A stretch of DNA of 60,977 nt, the filler included, from Dimargaris cristalligena (Eukaryota), in NCBI GenBank assembly GCA_003614675.1. It is 4 parts of 4 records of this genome, joined end to end, with 100 filler letters (N's around TTAATTAATTAA, not from the genome) between each part and the next. Parts side by side here need not be neighbours in the genome. Positions count along the whole stretch, not along the records: positions 1 to 15,202 come from ML002906.1; positions 15,303 to 30,479 come from ML002907.1; 2 more parts are not named here. One strand, given 5' to 3'. Both the position numbers and the translations under genes were made by a program. Below the pieces are notes generated by a model. The model was not told where the DNA came from, did not search any database, and worked only from the letters and a program-made list of their open reading frames with translations. The first letter of the stretch is position 1; every line of letters begins with the position of its first letter. Of the stretch, positions 12,001 through 24,104 are shown one piece after another.

Positions 12001-15000
12001 TCAATTGGATACACATATCCAGTTGGTCAAGGGTGCATGGGCAAGCCAGAAGTGTGAGGTGGGCATTAATCTTAATTGCGCTCACCAAACAGACTAGCAG
12101 ATTTTCAGTGCTATCCACAAGGGCTATGATCGATGGACAAAAGGTGCTAAGGGTCTGGACAGTTTGAAATGCAAGAGCATCGGCCAGTAAATCGACCAGG
12201 CCATACGACAGCCTGTAGGTTTCTGAGATGTAAGCCGGGTGATCGTAATTATCGTCCAAAGTAGAATTCCAATTTCGGACAAGCGATACGGAATGCAAGT
12301 TGTCTGCCACGTCTCCCAATTCTTGTTCGGGGACTGTGCCGTGATTCATCAACGGCGCTGTCAGTGCAAGTTGATCCACAGTTGTGTTGATATCTGCTGA
12401 CAGAAATTGCTCAAGAACTACCTGAATCATCTCGACTAATTGAGCAATGGCTTTCTCGGAATAGTTGGACGTGTCGTAGCATACCTTGACGTCAATTTTC
12501 TGGGACCCATCGATAAAGTTGACAGCCAGTGGGTATTCCGTAAATTCGTGGATACGTAGGTCAGACAAAGAACAATTGTGCGTAGGGTCAGTCTCCAGAG
12601 CAGGGAAATTTTCGAAACCCAGAAGCGTTTGGAATAGAGGCCCAGATCGGCCAGTCAGAACCCAGCGGTTAATGTCAGTCAGCACTGAGTGCTCGAATGG
12701 GAACATGGCTACTTGGTTGTGGTGGAGGGCACGCAGCCAGGCTGAAATTGAGGAATTGCCCAGGTGCACGCGAAAAGGCAGAGTGTTCGTACAGGGCCCA
12801 ATAGCCTGACCAATACCCAGCACACCCAAATTCCGTCCGGATAGGGTTACACCAAACACCACATCAATCTGGTCCAGTAGTCGCCCCAGAACCAAAGCGA
12901 AGGCGGCACGAAGTAAAATGGCAACTGTCACATTAAGTTTCTGTGAGCACCGGGTCAGTTCTACTTTGGAAATATCGATTGCGGCTATATATGCAGCGAA
13001 ACCCGGCAATCCGGTTTGATCCTGGAGGATTAAAGGAGCGGGTGTAGATGGTGCACCCCGCAGAAAATTGGCCCAAAATTCTTGAGCCGAATCCAAATTG
13101 AGCTGACTGACATGGTGGACAACTGTGGAAAATGATGTCGGTGAATTTGCAATGGACGGACAGGGATGATGGTAGGCCTCCATCCACGCCCGAATTAGTA
13201 GTGGCATGGACCAGCCATCGCAGAGGGAATGGTGGAGTGTCATAATGACATTGTGCACCCGGGCCTCGGCGGTGGGAAAAACGAAATTCCGGATCATATG
13301 CTCCCGCAGTGCGAACCCACGCTGGTGGTTTTGGGTCAAGAAATCGTCAAGAGAGTTTAATGGTTGGTCAGAAATGGTCCAGGCGGTAGTGCACGAACGA
13401 AGGACGGTCTGTATATATCCCCGTGTCTGTTTCGATGATGACTCGAGAAACACGGTACGCAAGGAGCTGTGTGCCTGGGAAACGGTCTGCCAGGCCTCAA
13501 GCAATCGGTCGACATTGAGTGGTCCATTAATTTTGAAGGCGATCTGTACTACGTAGGCAGTGGGGTCGGTAGATAGTCCTGTCAATAGGCCACTTTGGAG
13601 AGCGATACAGGGCAGCAAGTCCTCCACCTGATCCAGTGCAATGCGACGGTGGCACAGTTCGCTAATAACCTCCTGGAATTCGGGAGCGGAGAGTTGGAGG
13701 TGGGCGAAGTCATATCGTGTCAGGAGCGGTTCCACGCCGATAGATTGAGACTGGTTCATGATATTGGCAAGTTGGACGAGATTTTTGCGCCACTGGATCA
13801 TAATGCCATCAACAACGCTTCGGTGGTAGACTAAAGGATTGTAATCCATAACCAGATGTAAACGATCACCGGCCACCGCGGGTAAAGAACTAAGATCACA
13901 TATGGCTGTATCATTAGGGGCGAAGCCATGCCAGCTGGTGGAGTAGTCCGACCATTCAATCGATAGGATATCATCATCAAGTTCGCCGTTGGTATTAGAT
14001 AGCCATTCGAAATAATTGAACTGGACGTCTAGTCGAGTCGGGGACTTGGCCTCCAACTTGGCCCGCTCGTCTACCGAAACCCCAGGCATATATTTCAATA
14101 AAGAATAGGGGAATCCCTTCATTGGAATTTGCTGAAGGGCCTCCTTGGTGTGGCGCAATAGGTCTAGTAAGGGTTGACCAGGTTGGACCCGAAGAACGAG
14201 AGGGTAGAGAGAAGTAAACCATCCCACTGTACGGGCAATATCTTGGCCAGACCATGGTTCACGACCGTGTCCTTCTATACAAAAAGTAACCTGGCCCAGT
14301 CCGACAACTGAGGCAAAGGCGTGGGTAAATGTGGCCAGAAGTAGGTCCTGCGGAGTGACCCGCAACCGCGGGGCCAATTGGAACAATAGCGAGTGTGTGG
14401 ATTCAGAGTCGAACTCGAATGCTGTGGAGAGGCGAGCGGGCTGGGTACAGGGAATGTCAAATTCCGGTGGTGGAAGAAGGGTGCGGATATCTGGAATAGG
14501 TTTGTCGGAGTCGACTTGAGTGGGCCAGACATCAGCCGACAGAGTTGATGCATAGTCGTCGAGCTGGGAGACCCAGGCTTGGAAAGACATAGTTTTCGGT
14601 GGAAGCGAGGCTCCTCGAAGTAGGGTATTCAAATCGTCAATCAGAATACGCCAAGAAATCAGGTCCACCAAGATGTGGTGGATGGTGATGAATAGGCGGG
14701 GCTTCGATGCACTGCCAGGCTTATGAATCAGAGCAGCTGCCAACACAGGACCCGTGGTAAGGTTAAGGCCAGACTTAATTCGCACAACGAAGTTCAAATA
14801 GTCTTCCGAAAAAACCGACTCTTCCAACATCAAAAAATCCGCGGAAATGGCCGTAAGCGTAGGAATTGTCTGGATCCACAGTTGGTCGCCATTGCCGGGT
14901 TGGAATCGGGCCCGGACAATGTCATGGTGGTTGGCCAAAGCCACAAGAGCGTCGGAAATGGCCGCTAGTGATGGATTGGCCCCAGGGTTGACTTTAAGAG

Positions 15001-15202
15001 TAAAGAACTGGTTAAAGCAGTGGGGGTTGCGAAGGCCTATGTTACTAAACCATCGCTGAATAGGAGCTAAAGCTACCTCTCCAGAAACCTGCCCATGATA
15101 AACAGGGTTGGTTCTGGTCCCATAGGTAGTGGTTTTCTTGGTGTTCCGGGCTAACTGATGAAGTTCTGGGTACTGGTAAACTAAAGGCACAGTTAGGCTA
15201 AA
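2..15202 (-). CDS. Multimodular nonribosomal peptide synthetase, partial at both ends: (T)-E-C-A*-T*-C*-A-T-E-C-A-T-C-A
   Basis: All motifs read in one minus frame. A3 motifs: DLAYIVFTSGTTGRPKG (~932-982), LSHILYTSGTTGRPKG (~4121-4168), DLAYILFTSGTTGLPKG (~8729-8779). A5 YGPTE occurs 3 times. C motifs: HHGLLDAW (~2351), HHALADGW (~5564), HHSLCDGW (~13211). E motifs: HHLVVDLVSW (~6983) and HHILVDLISW (~14651), plus ESHGRH/EGHGRE, RTVGWFT and FNYLG. T motifs GGDSI at ~3041 and ~7625. The ORF track lists no terminated minus ORF in this frame, consistent with an open frame running off the window. Confidence 0.96.
9300..12280 (-). other. Degenerate in-frame NRPS A-T-C unit (A ~10930-12280, T ~10650-10880, LCL-type C ~9300-10560)
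   Basis: Recognisable but eroded A1/A2/A6/A8 remnants, with no A3 P-loop and no A10 Lys. The T motif reads LRTSSGATL instead of FFxLGG(H/D)SL. The C active site reads HDIAAEDY instead of HHxxxDG. No stops found on manual translation of ~10140-12300. Confidence 0.85.
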
Positions 15203-15302
15203 NNNNNNNNNNNNNNNNNNNNNNNNNNNNNNNNNNNNNNNNNNNNTTAATTAATTAANNNNNNNNNNNNNNNNNNNNNNNNNNNNNNNNNNNNNNNNNN
15301 NN
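15203..15302. other. Artificial contig spacer
   Basis: 44 N + TTAATTAATTAA (stops in all six frames) + 44 N. Confidence 0.97.
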
Positions 15303-16152
15303 TACTCCCCCTTACTGCCACCTCTTGGAACAGCAAGTCTATCATCACCTTTCCCTTTTATTATCTATCTTTTCAAATGAAGTTCAGTTTTCAAGGATTT
15401 GAGTTCAGTTCTTTACAGCCTATTTACCTATACCTTAGTCTTAGTAGTATCCTTCCCCCAGGACCTCCTTCTGGAGTCATCCCTATATATGTATAACTGG
15501 CCCCCATTAGGACTAGTTAGATTCCTTAGCTTATTCTTACCCCATAGTTTACCCCTAATAAACCCTATATATACTTACTCCCCTTTTACTAACTAGTAAG
15601 TATACCCACTGTATGTCCCTTACCTATTCCCATACTTAGCCTATATTAGTTAGTACTATGCCCATACCTGATACTAGTAGCCTACTTGGCTGAGTCTAAG
15701 CCCCATCTACCATTAGAAGCCTATCCTCAAGACTCTTAATGGACTAAGAGTGGTTAACCTAGGTGACACACAATGGTTATCTATGCAATTTTCCTGCTTG
15801 TTTGGGGGTGACATCAGGTTATTTGGCCAATGGGACATCTAAGGAAATAAATTTATAATGACCACACCCCCATATAACTAAGCTATGGAACCATATCATC
15901 AGTGACTGCATTACTAAAGAAAGGAACCATTTTTCCCCATAGGTATTGCTAAAGGTTCTGTATTTAATTCCAGGAAATGCTGTGTAACAACCACATACAG
16001 TCTAGTCCATGGAATATTTCTGCTAGCCCATACATATCATTGGTCTGGCATGGCTTCATACATTTATCCCCTCTGTGGGTATGACAAAGTTGGCAGGACA
16101 ACTCTTCCAATGGAAAACCTCAAGAGCAATAGTATGTATATAATTATGCCTA
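15303..16152. other. CpG-free, TpA-rich tract (probable methylation-decayed repeat or gene relic)
   Basis: No CG dinucleotide seen between 15303 and 16152 although C and G are common; the first CG is at 16153. Confidence 0.6.
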
Positions 16153-17168
16153 CGTAGTGGAAGAGGCAACCAATCCCCTGAGGGTCAGGGTCATTGTCCC
16201 TTTGGATGAAACTTCCAAATGAAAAGTACAAGGTGACTTCAACTGCTGTAATCAATTAATTGTGTATCTATATTAGCAAAGGCCAGCTCCTACAAGCAAC
16301 CCAAAGCAGTACCAATTATCCTCCAACATCCCACCGGGACAACTATAGCCCAATAGGGGCTGGCATGTCAGGTTGGCCAAATTGCGACTATTCCAAATTA
16401 CACATCCACTAACTATCGAATGCCCTGGTTAGGGATGTGGCCTTTCATACCACCAATATCCGCCTTGGTTCCCAAAATAGACCCACAAAATAATAAACAG
16501 TGTAAGACAGAGGGGGTAAGTTGTTGCTTTAAAGGTGACAGATAAATGTAATGAGGAGGAGCTTGGAGTGACTAAAGTACCTAAAAGTAAAGGTACAGTT
16601 CCTGAGCTGAAGGGGAAGGCACTCCGGGTGGTTGGAGTTGTTCATTCCACTATGGCTTGAAAGACCCCATATGGAGGTTCCTATCCCAACCTTCATATCT
16701 AAGGTACCTTATGAATACAGCAGATATGCCAGTGTTACTCTGGCCATCGTCAGGCATCAGCATATATAGGATATTTAACAAAGATGATGTTTCTCCATTA
16801 ATTGAGCTAATATCTTCAAGTTTGCCTGCAATGGATAGTAGTGGAAAATATATCAAGAAATCCAAAAAGAGCCCAGCGACTGTGCCGTTCACCCACTGGA
16901 ATTTGGTAAACCATTACATTGAAAGCAATAAAGCACTTAAAGTAGGCTGAGTTTTATTGGAATACTAAGGTTGTAAAGGAAATAAAACTGGAAGTAAGGG
17001 AAGAAAGCAGCTAGAGGACGGTAGGTACCTCTAGGTGGTTAGTTTTATTGAATTGTAATTCCTGTGGGGTGAAATATAATTGGCTAACATGAATGATCTC
17101 ATGATAGCAGAATAAACTAACGTAATTGGGTATAAATAGGATAGAATAAAGAACACGTAGGAACATAT

Positions 17169-17304
17169 GGGTGAAATTCAGCTCGGTTGTATAAGGTTTT
17201 AACCGATATGTGTATGGGGAAATCGGTGGGATGTTTATTTTCAACCAATAGTATTTGCCTCATCAAATGGATTTTTTGTTATACAGCCTTGTTGAACTAC
17301 TCCC
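17169..17304 (+). mobile_element. 136-bp MITE, subfamily A
   Basis: Imperfect ~26-bp terminal inverted repeats GGGTGAAATTCAGCTCGGTTGTATAA / TTATACAGCCTTGTTGAACTACTCCC, flanked by ATAT on both sides; homologous copies elsewhere in the window. Confidence 0.88.
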
Positions 17305-18272
17305 ATATTCTTCAACAAGTTTCCCTATCCTTGGGTGTCGAATCTCCTATACAACCAAAGTACCCTGACAACCCCCTTGTAGTACAACGGACACTATATT
17401 ATAAATACTATAAGATTCTGTAAGGATAGGGGAGGGAATTGAAGGCTTACATACCCTTTCCAACTATAGTAGTTGGCTACAATCAATGAGAGGGGACCTA
17501 AGACCATTTGGAATACTCGGGCCCACCCGCTACTGTAAGCAAATAGCCTTCATCGAAAAGGGGATGAGGTTGAACGATTTCGGCGCTCTACTCTATCTCA
17601 GTATAATTGAATTGCCATTTGGTTTATCCGCACCTCCCCCTGTCTATTCGCCACTTTCGTGCGCCTTTTTGGGAGAGACTTGTGCACCTCCAAACCGATT
17701 GGACCCCCAGTCCCTGGAATAACAGGCCATATTGTAATACATGTGTGTGTGTGTGTGGTTGAATTGAGGCATTCTAATATACAGAACAGCCGATACAAGC
17801 ATCTATTGAGAGGTTTTGATACGAGGCTTACCCAAAAAGTCCCGAAAAGTTTGCAGCATATAGGTTAGGCCTGTGGGCCGTGATGGGGGAAGCGGTGGTT
17901 AGAGCGAGTGAAATATAAATACACCCTCGAAGCCCGCCTAGTCTGTCATGACCCAAATCCCCCCTCTTCCACTCTCCTTCGCTTTCCTCTCAAACTTCCT
18001 CCCAGTTGAATATCCACTTTCCTTATACTTCTGGGCAAGTTTATGGGCTGGCCTCTAACTGTACCTTTACCCTTCGAATAGCCTTCCTCTTTTCTCTCGG
18101 ACCAACTTTTTGGTACTGTTCGTCGTTATTAGCCAATCTCTCCCTGCCATTTATTATATTCAAACTACCCGCTTGGACTTTCGGCTACAACGAGTGCCAT
18201 ATTCAAATAGGTTTACACTGACCGCGTATCTTTAACAACACTATCTTTTAAAGTAGCCTTGTGATATTCAAT

Positions 18273-19351
18273 ATGAAAGCCCAGATTACCCTATCTCTTC
18301 TGACCTTGGCGGCCATGATGGTTCAGGCCGCTCCGGTGATTTGGACCACTGCGTTTAGTCCAATATCGGTTCCCCAATACTCGGACAGTTACGGTAGACC
18401 AGACCTCGACTCAATGCATCAAGGGTCCCTCTCTGAACTCGATACCGCCTGGAATAAACTGTAGGATTTGCTCAACCCTAATTCTAAGGCTGCCACTGAC
18501 GGAGACGTGGGTACATGGAATAAGAGTAACTGGGAGACCACCTCTAAGAGCAGCGAGCACACACTCCTTTTGGCACAGGCACATTATCCTACCACTGTCA
18601 AAGACCCCTTGCCTAATTATTTCAACAATTTAAACACGGGCAATTTACATAGTGGCGTACAGGAGATGCTGCTGACGCAGCCTTATAATCCTGTCACTGG
18701 AGCTAATCGCCCATCCGATGATTTCAGCGATCCGAGCAAAGGCACTTTTGACGAGAATTCACGAGCACCGACTACCGACCTGCCCCCACCCAGCAGGGCG
18801 TATAGGCCATCTAGCCTTTCCGACCAGCCCGCATACCTACACCGGGATGATATCAATCACAGTACTCCTTATACGCCTGCTCAGCTGTCCGAGGCCCTAT
18901 TCCCTACCCAAACAATTGGGGTAGCGCCAATTATGACATGGTATCTGGAGCCCCCATTTCCACGGTTCAGCCCAATGCCCAGTTAAACGAATCCCGGCGT
19001 AAGAATCCCCTCGGTCTGACGGTTACAACCGGGTTTACTAAGGATAAGCGGATGACTCCCCCAAATGACTATGCAAGCCAGGCTGCTCGTAATGAGGTAT
19101 TCAGGTTTGGTAGCCCTGATACTGACGAGTTGGGGGCAGATATCAGCGACACCAATGCGGGTTACGCGGATGCTTCGGCCCCATTTCATGCCGGTGAGAA
19201 TCAGAATGCTCATAAGGGAAAGGTACCAAATTACATCCCTAGTACGCGACAGTCGGGGCCGCTAATTATCGATTCTCCATCAGACTATGTAGCTTCTCCA
19301 GTAAGTCTTAATGACGCTGAACAAATTGAACTGGCTCTTAAGGATGTATAA
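18273..19351 (+). pseudogene. Secreted low-complexity protein gene interrupted by an in-frame TAG and a frameshift
   Basis: Signal peptide MKAQITLSLLTLAAMMVQA-AP. TAG at 18462-18464, and the same frame reopens to 18986. An overlapping frame 18938-19351 continues with similar composition. TATA-like ATATAAAT near 17913. Confidence 0.5.
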
Positions 19352-20954
19352 CCCAATTGGAAGAGCTTGGGTTCCTGAGCAGTTTTCGCTTTGAGGTCGA
19401 CAATTGTAGCTACTTAGGAATAATTTAGACCTTTTAGACATCCGAACTCGGTAAAACTAAATAGGCACCCAACCCACCGAGTATATATCTCAGGCCAATC
19501 GATCCATTCGCAGGATACCAATTTGTTTGATGGCTCTTTCATGCATCCACAATTAACTTAATAAAGCTAGCCGCGGGCGTTTACTAATACCATTCGCTGT
19601 TAATTTTCTCTTTAAATAGGCATTTTAGCTGCTAAATAAAAATCTTGCGTTTAACATTCGAATTATAATATCCGAAATACTCTTACTATTTGGCTATGAG
19701 CAACTGCAACCTACTTTTAAGCATAATCCTCGAACAAGTTGAATCTACCATTGTGTTTACTACAGCCCTGACCAGCGGACTTACGAGCGCCTCAGCTGCT
19801 GGCTAGTTGAGTGTAGATGGGGATGAGGGCAGCATTTGGCATGTTGCTGATATTAGTGTGGGGGCCGACACTAACGCTCTACCGCCCAAGCGAGAGCCCA
19901 CCACCAATATTCTAATCCCTCTGGCCCCAGCTAGACTCGAAGTCCGGTAATTTTTAATGTGTGAGTCCAGGTCCTACTAACACAGCCGCCGTATTATCCC
20001 CTGAGATAGCCGTACCTTCACTGCCCTAGGATGAATCCTCCGGGTGGGCAAGTCCTTTCGACCGTGCCCAGTAGGTAGTAAAAAGTTCAGAACCACCCCA
20101 TTATTTAACATCTAGGTGCTTTCGCGTTTAATCCATTAAGGGGTGCCTTTGTGCTCTAGTACCGCACCCAATTTGTTTACCCCTGCCAGTATTTGGCCGT
20201 AATGTTCCGTTTAGTTATATTCTACTTTCTTCTTTTGGCTAAAGCCATTCGACTTTTATCGCCAATTCTTCACCCTTACCGCTCGTATCTCTTACTTTAC
20301 CAAAAACCCTTTTTACCCATTTCAGTGCCAAACTGGGTCCATTGAATCAAGGAAAAGGAATAAAGTGTACTTTTGAAAATCTACCTGCGAAGTTAACTCA
20401 ATGGCCTTCCAATGCCTATAGATTGATTGACAATGTATATGTTACTTCTACTGTCGCAGCCGGCTCTACCTCTAGAATTAGTGAGGAATCGGCACTCATG
20501 CCTAACAATGATGGAGTTGAAGGCCGAGATAACCAGGAGCCCGCCTGCGTATTTACTCCAGACGTCGATGAACAATGAACCATCCATTGGAGGCGTGATG
20601 GCATGCATACACCGTTGTTCTCCTTATCATCATAGAACCATTGCTTTAAGGATTAATTCGAGTATATAAAGGGGGTCTCGAAAATTACGAGTCTGGTCCT
20701 CCACCTGATGCTAGAGACTAGATACCGGAATATGGGAGATGGAATGTATGTTTATTGATATAGGAATAGCTAAGGAAATAAATCTCCCCTGTACTAAGTA
20801 GTGGCGGGAGTGGTTGGTTCTAATGCCATCTGACGAGCGCCGATCCTCTCGACCAACTGGTTGCTACACTTGCCACTATATTTGCCGAGTGGCCTGTTAC
20901 AAATTAAACAATATATCTGCTGTGTATATTTTCTGAAAAAACAAATAGCAGAAA

Positions 20955-22150
20955 TTACAAGTCGTCAATAGAAAGAGGTATAAGGGACACTTGGTTCATG
21001 ATGCGCTGCTTAGCGGCCTGGCTCTTGATCCAGGCAGGGGTTTCCTTCTTTTGTTTAAGGGCCATCTTCTGGGTCTGGATACGGGAGGGAATCGGTTAAG
21101 TCATAGACGCAGATAGGAGGGTTTAAATTAGTACAGTGATAGGATGCAATGTTGGTAACTTGCAAGTGACACTACTGGGGGAGCGTTAACGACCAGTTGG
21201 GAGGATAGGTCGACTGGTAGTTGCTTCAACTGACTAAAAAAAAACTAACAAAAAGACCGCCGATAATTGCGTCATGACCGAATTCAAGGCTAATAGTTAA
21301 AATAACACGGCCACGTCTAACTTACCTTCTTCTGCTTCAAATGTACCCGTTGGTTGATGATGGCCAGCTCAGCCGCCTCCCGCTTCCGGTAAGGGTGGAA
21401 GACCATTTTGGCGGCCTTTTGCGGCTCCACCACGTTGCACACCAACGAATGGCCCTCGAGTAGGTAGTTGTTCATCGTCGCAGCGGCAATAGCCGCCACT
21501 TCCTTATGTTCGAACTGCACGAACCCATAATGGCGGAACGCCTGGGTCTTGGGATTCCGGGCGGCCGAGCAGCCGGTGATGTCACCGAATTGCCGGAAGT
21601 AGTTTCGCATGGCCTCTTCCTCGAAACCCTTGGGCAAGCGGCCGACGTAAATGGTGCCCCGCTCGGACGAGCCTTGGGATTTGGAGCCGGAGGTGGTCGA
21701 CGACTTCTCTAGGGAGGCGGTGGCGTCCAGTTCAATCTTGTCGTCGAGGTCTTTGAAGGCATCAATGGCCTCCGCATCTTCCTGAACTTCCGGTTCGGAT
21801 TCATCATTGTCGGACGAGGAGTCATTCATAAATTGCTCCCGGATTTGGGCCTCGACTTCCTCGGTTTCAGTTTGGATGGGCTCGGCTACCACGACTTCCT
21901 CCTTCTTGGACGGCTGGGGGGTTTCCTCGACAACCTTAGCGGGCTCTGTTGCAACAGTACAAAGAGTGGAAGGGAGGCGGGGGCGAAGGTTAGATTTGGC
22001 GTTAGTATACATTAGTGGTATGTTTGTATGGGTAAAGGTCTCTTGAAAGTAAGCACGCTTATCGGATAGACTATCCTGGGGTTAGAATAATGCCATGAAG
22101 GCTTTTAAAGGATACTTACGGGCCTTGGGGGCGCTCTTACGACGGGCCAT
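20955..22150 (-). CDS. NOP15: Nucleolar RRM protein, Nop15/NIFK-like (exons ~22150-22120, 21945-21326, 21074-20955)
   Basis: Acidic N-terminal region, RNP2 IYVGRLP, FEEEAMRNYFRQFG, RNP1 HYGFVQF and VAAIAAATMNNYLL as in Nop15/NIFK; GT-AG introns preserve the frame. Confidence 0.8.
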
Positions 22151-22680
22151 TTTGTGTGTTGATAGACAGGGTCGGGAACGACGTGGGAATGCGGCGGGAA
22201 GGGGAAGGTTAGAAACAGCCACGCAGCAATGGGGCAGTTGAACCACGAGGAATGCAGATAAACCGAGTAAAGAAATGCGAAAGGGTAGAGGCGGAATGAA
22301 GAGCAAAGTAGGCCTGGTTAGACTGTTCATGCACCTGTGGTTGAATCGTTCTGGCTGTTTTTTTCCTCGACTACATTCAGAGCCAACTATCCAAACTGTA
22401 CCGTTTGCAAAGTTCGAAAATAAGGTGTAAAAGGCATCTGGGTTATTTGGGATGAGAAAAAAAAGAGCTGATTTGGTTCCAAGGCAGCACGTGACTTTTG
22501 GATATGGTTGACCCCCATGGGCCTTGATAATGTGGGGAGTTTGATTACAATATGGCCCTCTCCAATCAACAGCACCCATACTCTACTTTCAAACTGCCTC
22601 CTCAGCTACCTTGGGGCTTGACTCATTCCTTCCCATTTTGTGTATTCTTTTCCCTCTATCCAGCCCCTCCTTCCACCACC

Positions 22681-23372
22681 ATGCAAGCCTTTCCAACTTC
22701 TATCGACACCCCGCTTTACCACCAAAGTCGGTGCACTGAAAACAAAGGGTTTGCGGCACCCAGCCCTTACTTTCTACAGCCCATCAAAGTCCACCACCAT
22801 GCTGGAAGTAGTGGCCAAGGGTTTCCGTTTGCCACCAAACCTTACAAGGCAAACCTCAAGGCCCGCGAAAGCTCAACGCTGCACCAGCCGTCCGCCAAAT
22901 TTACCCTTAAGCGGATGGGTCTTTTCACCGAGTCCAGGGTAAGACATACAGAATAACGTAGGGCGATTGCGAGAGTAAGGGCATACGGCTATTCCTCTTT
23001 AGCCATAGATTGGTCCAGCAATGTTGCGAGGAGTTTACCGCAATCTTGATTGTCCCAAACGACCAGTCCTCCCCACTAGTTAACCCTTTTATACCCACGA
23101 ATGCCTGTATACGTACACCTCTACGATTTCATTACGGCTCCTTGCACCAATAGGCCGATGCTTCCCGGGTAACCTCCGCCAGTACATCCCCCTCCTCGCT
23201 CCGCCCCACCTCTCCGACCGCTTCTTTATTGGGGTCACCTACGTCTAGTGTAAGAGGGGGCGTCTCCTCCTTCAGCCCTGGGTCCGTGAATGGGAGCACT
23301 GCCAACCCCACCCGTAGGATTGCCGTGCATCCTTCCGCGTCGAAATTCGACGCCGGTATCAACATCCGGTAA
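22681..23372 (+). CDS. Hypothetical Ser/Pro-rich protein, two exons (22681-22938, ~23154-23372)
   Basis: ACCACCATG start context, AGG|GTAAGA donor and AATAG|GCC acceptor keep the frame; divergent from the RRM gene. Confidence 0.5.
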
Positions 23373-24104
23373 GTAACCATACCCTTAAGTAGTCACCTGA
23401 GCCCTATCCACCGAACTTTGGCTATATATCACGATGCACACTACCAATCGTCTTGAAATGGACCTGGGTCTAGACGTGACAGCATCTATCTTCCATACCA
23501 AATCACCGACATTAAGCTTATAAGTGCACCTTTTTTTTCAATGATCTAATGCGAATTATCCTCGAATGTCTTGATGTATTTGCGACTTTCCGCTGTATGG
23601 GTTGGTTTTCTTATTAGAGTTGATGCCACCACCACCTCTCTTCTAGCCCAGAAGTTGTGATGTATAGCCAATCCATCACGTAATAAATCCAAAGCCCACA
23701 TCTTACAAATTTCGCTACCTGTATTTCTATAACGAAGCTGACGTCAAAATAGGTATATATCCAAAGGGCCGCTAACTATATCAGTAGCCGGAGATGGCTA
23801 TGCAAAGTTCGGGAAGGGTTGAGTCCGGCATGGTCAGATGGCTTGACTTACAACTGACTATACCATAGACTACAAGTGCTTGCTATTCAGGTCTGGGCCT
23901 ATTAAACGCCTATATGATATTTCCAAAATAATAATACATCTATTCAATGACTAATATTGTTGACTTATCCTCCGCAAGGCCAATGCGCCTAAAAGAACAT
24001 CCATCGCACTACCCACTTCTTCGTCATACTTCGCCTTATGTTTAGAGTATTCCGGATTTTATTGTAGATGGGGCTGTGGTGTTAATATACAGCATTTACA
24101 TGTG

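Noticed and set aside
199-15059. Dozens of short ORFs listed across segment 1
   Set aside because: Shadow or antisense frames of the single long NRPS frame; no independent motifs
15247-15258. TTAATTAATTAA palindrome repeated three times at ~15-kb spacing
   Set aside because: Artificial six-frame stop linker embedded in N runs
15883-15920. LWNHIISDCITK as a retrotransposon integrase remnant
   Set aside because: Only a short resemblance with no supporting downstream DDE motifs
22450-22494. PAC-like GATGAG and E-box CACGTG in the divergent promoter of the Nop15-like gene
   Set aside because: Plausible, but short motifs occur by chance and cannot be supported without conservation data
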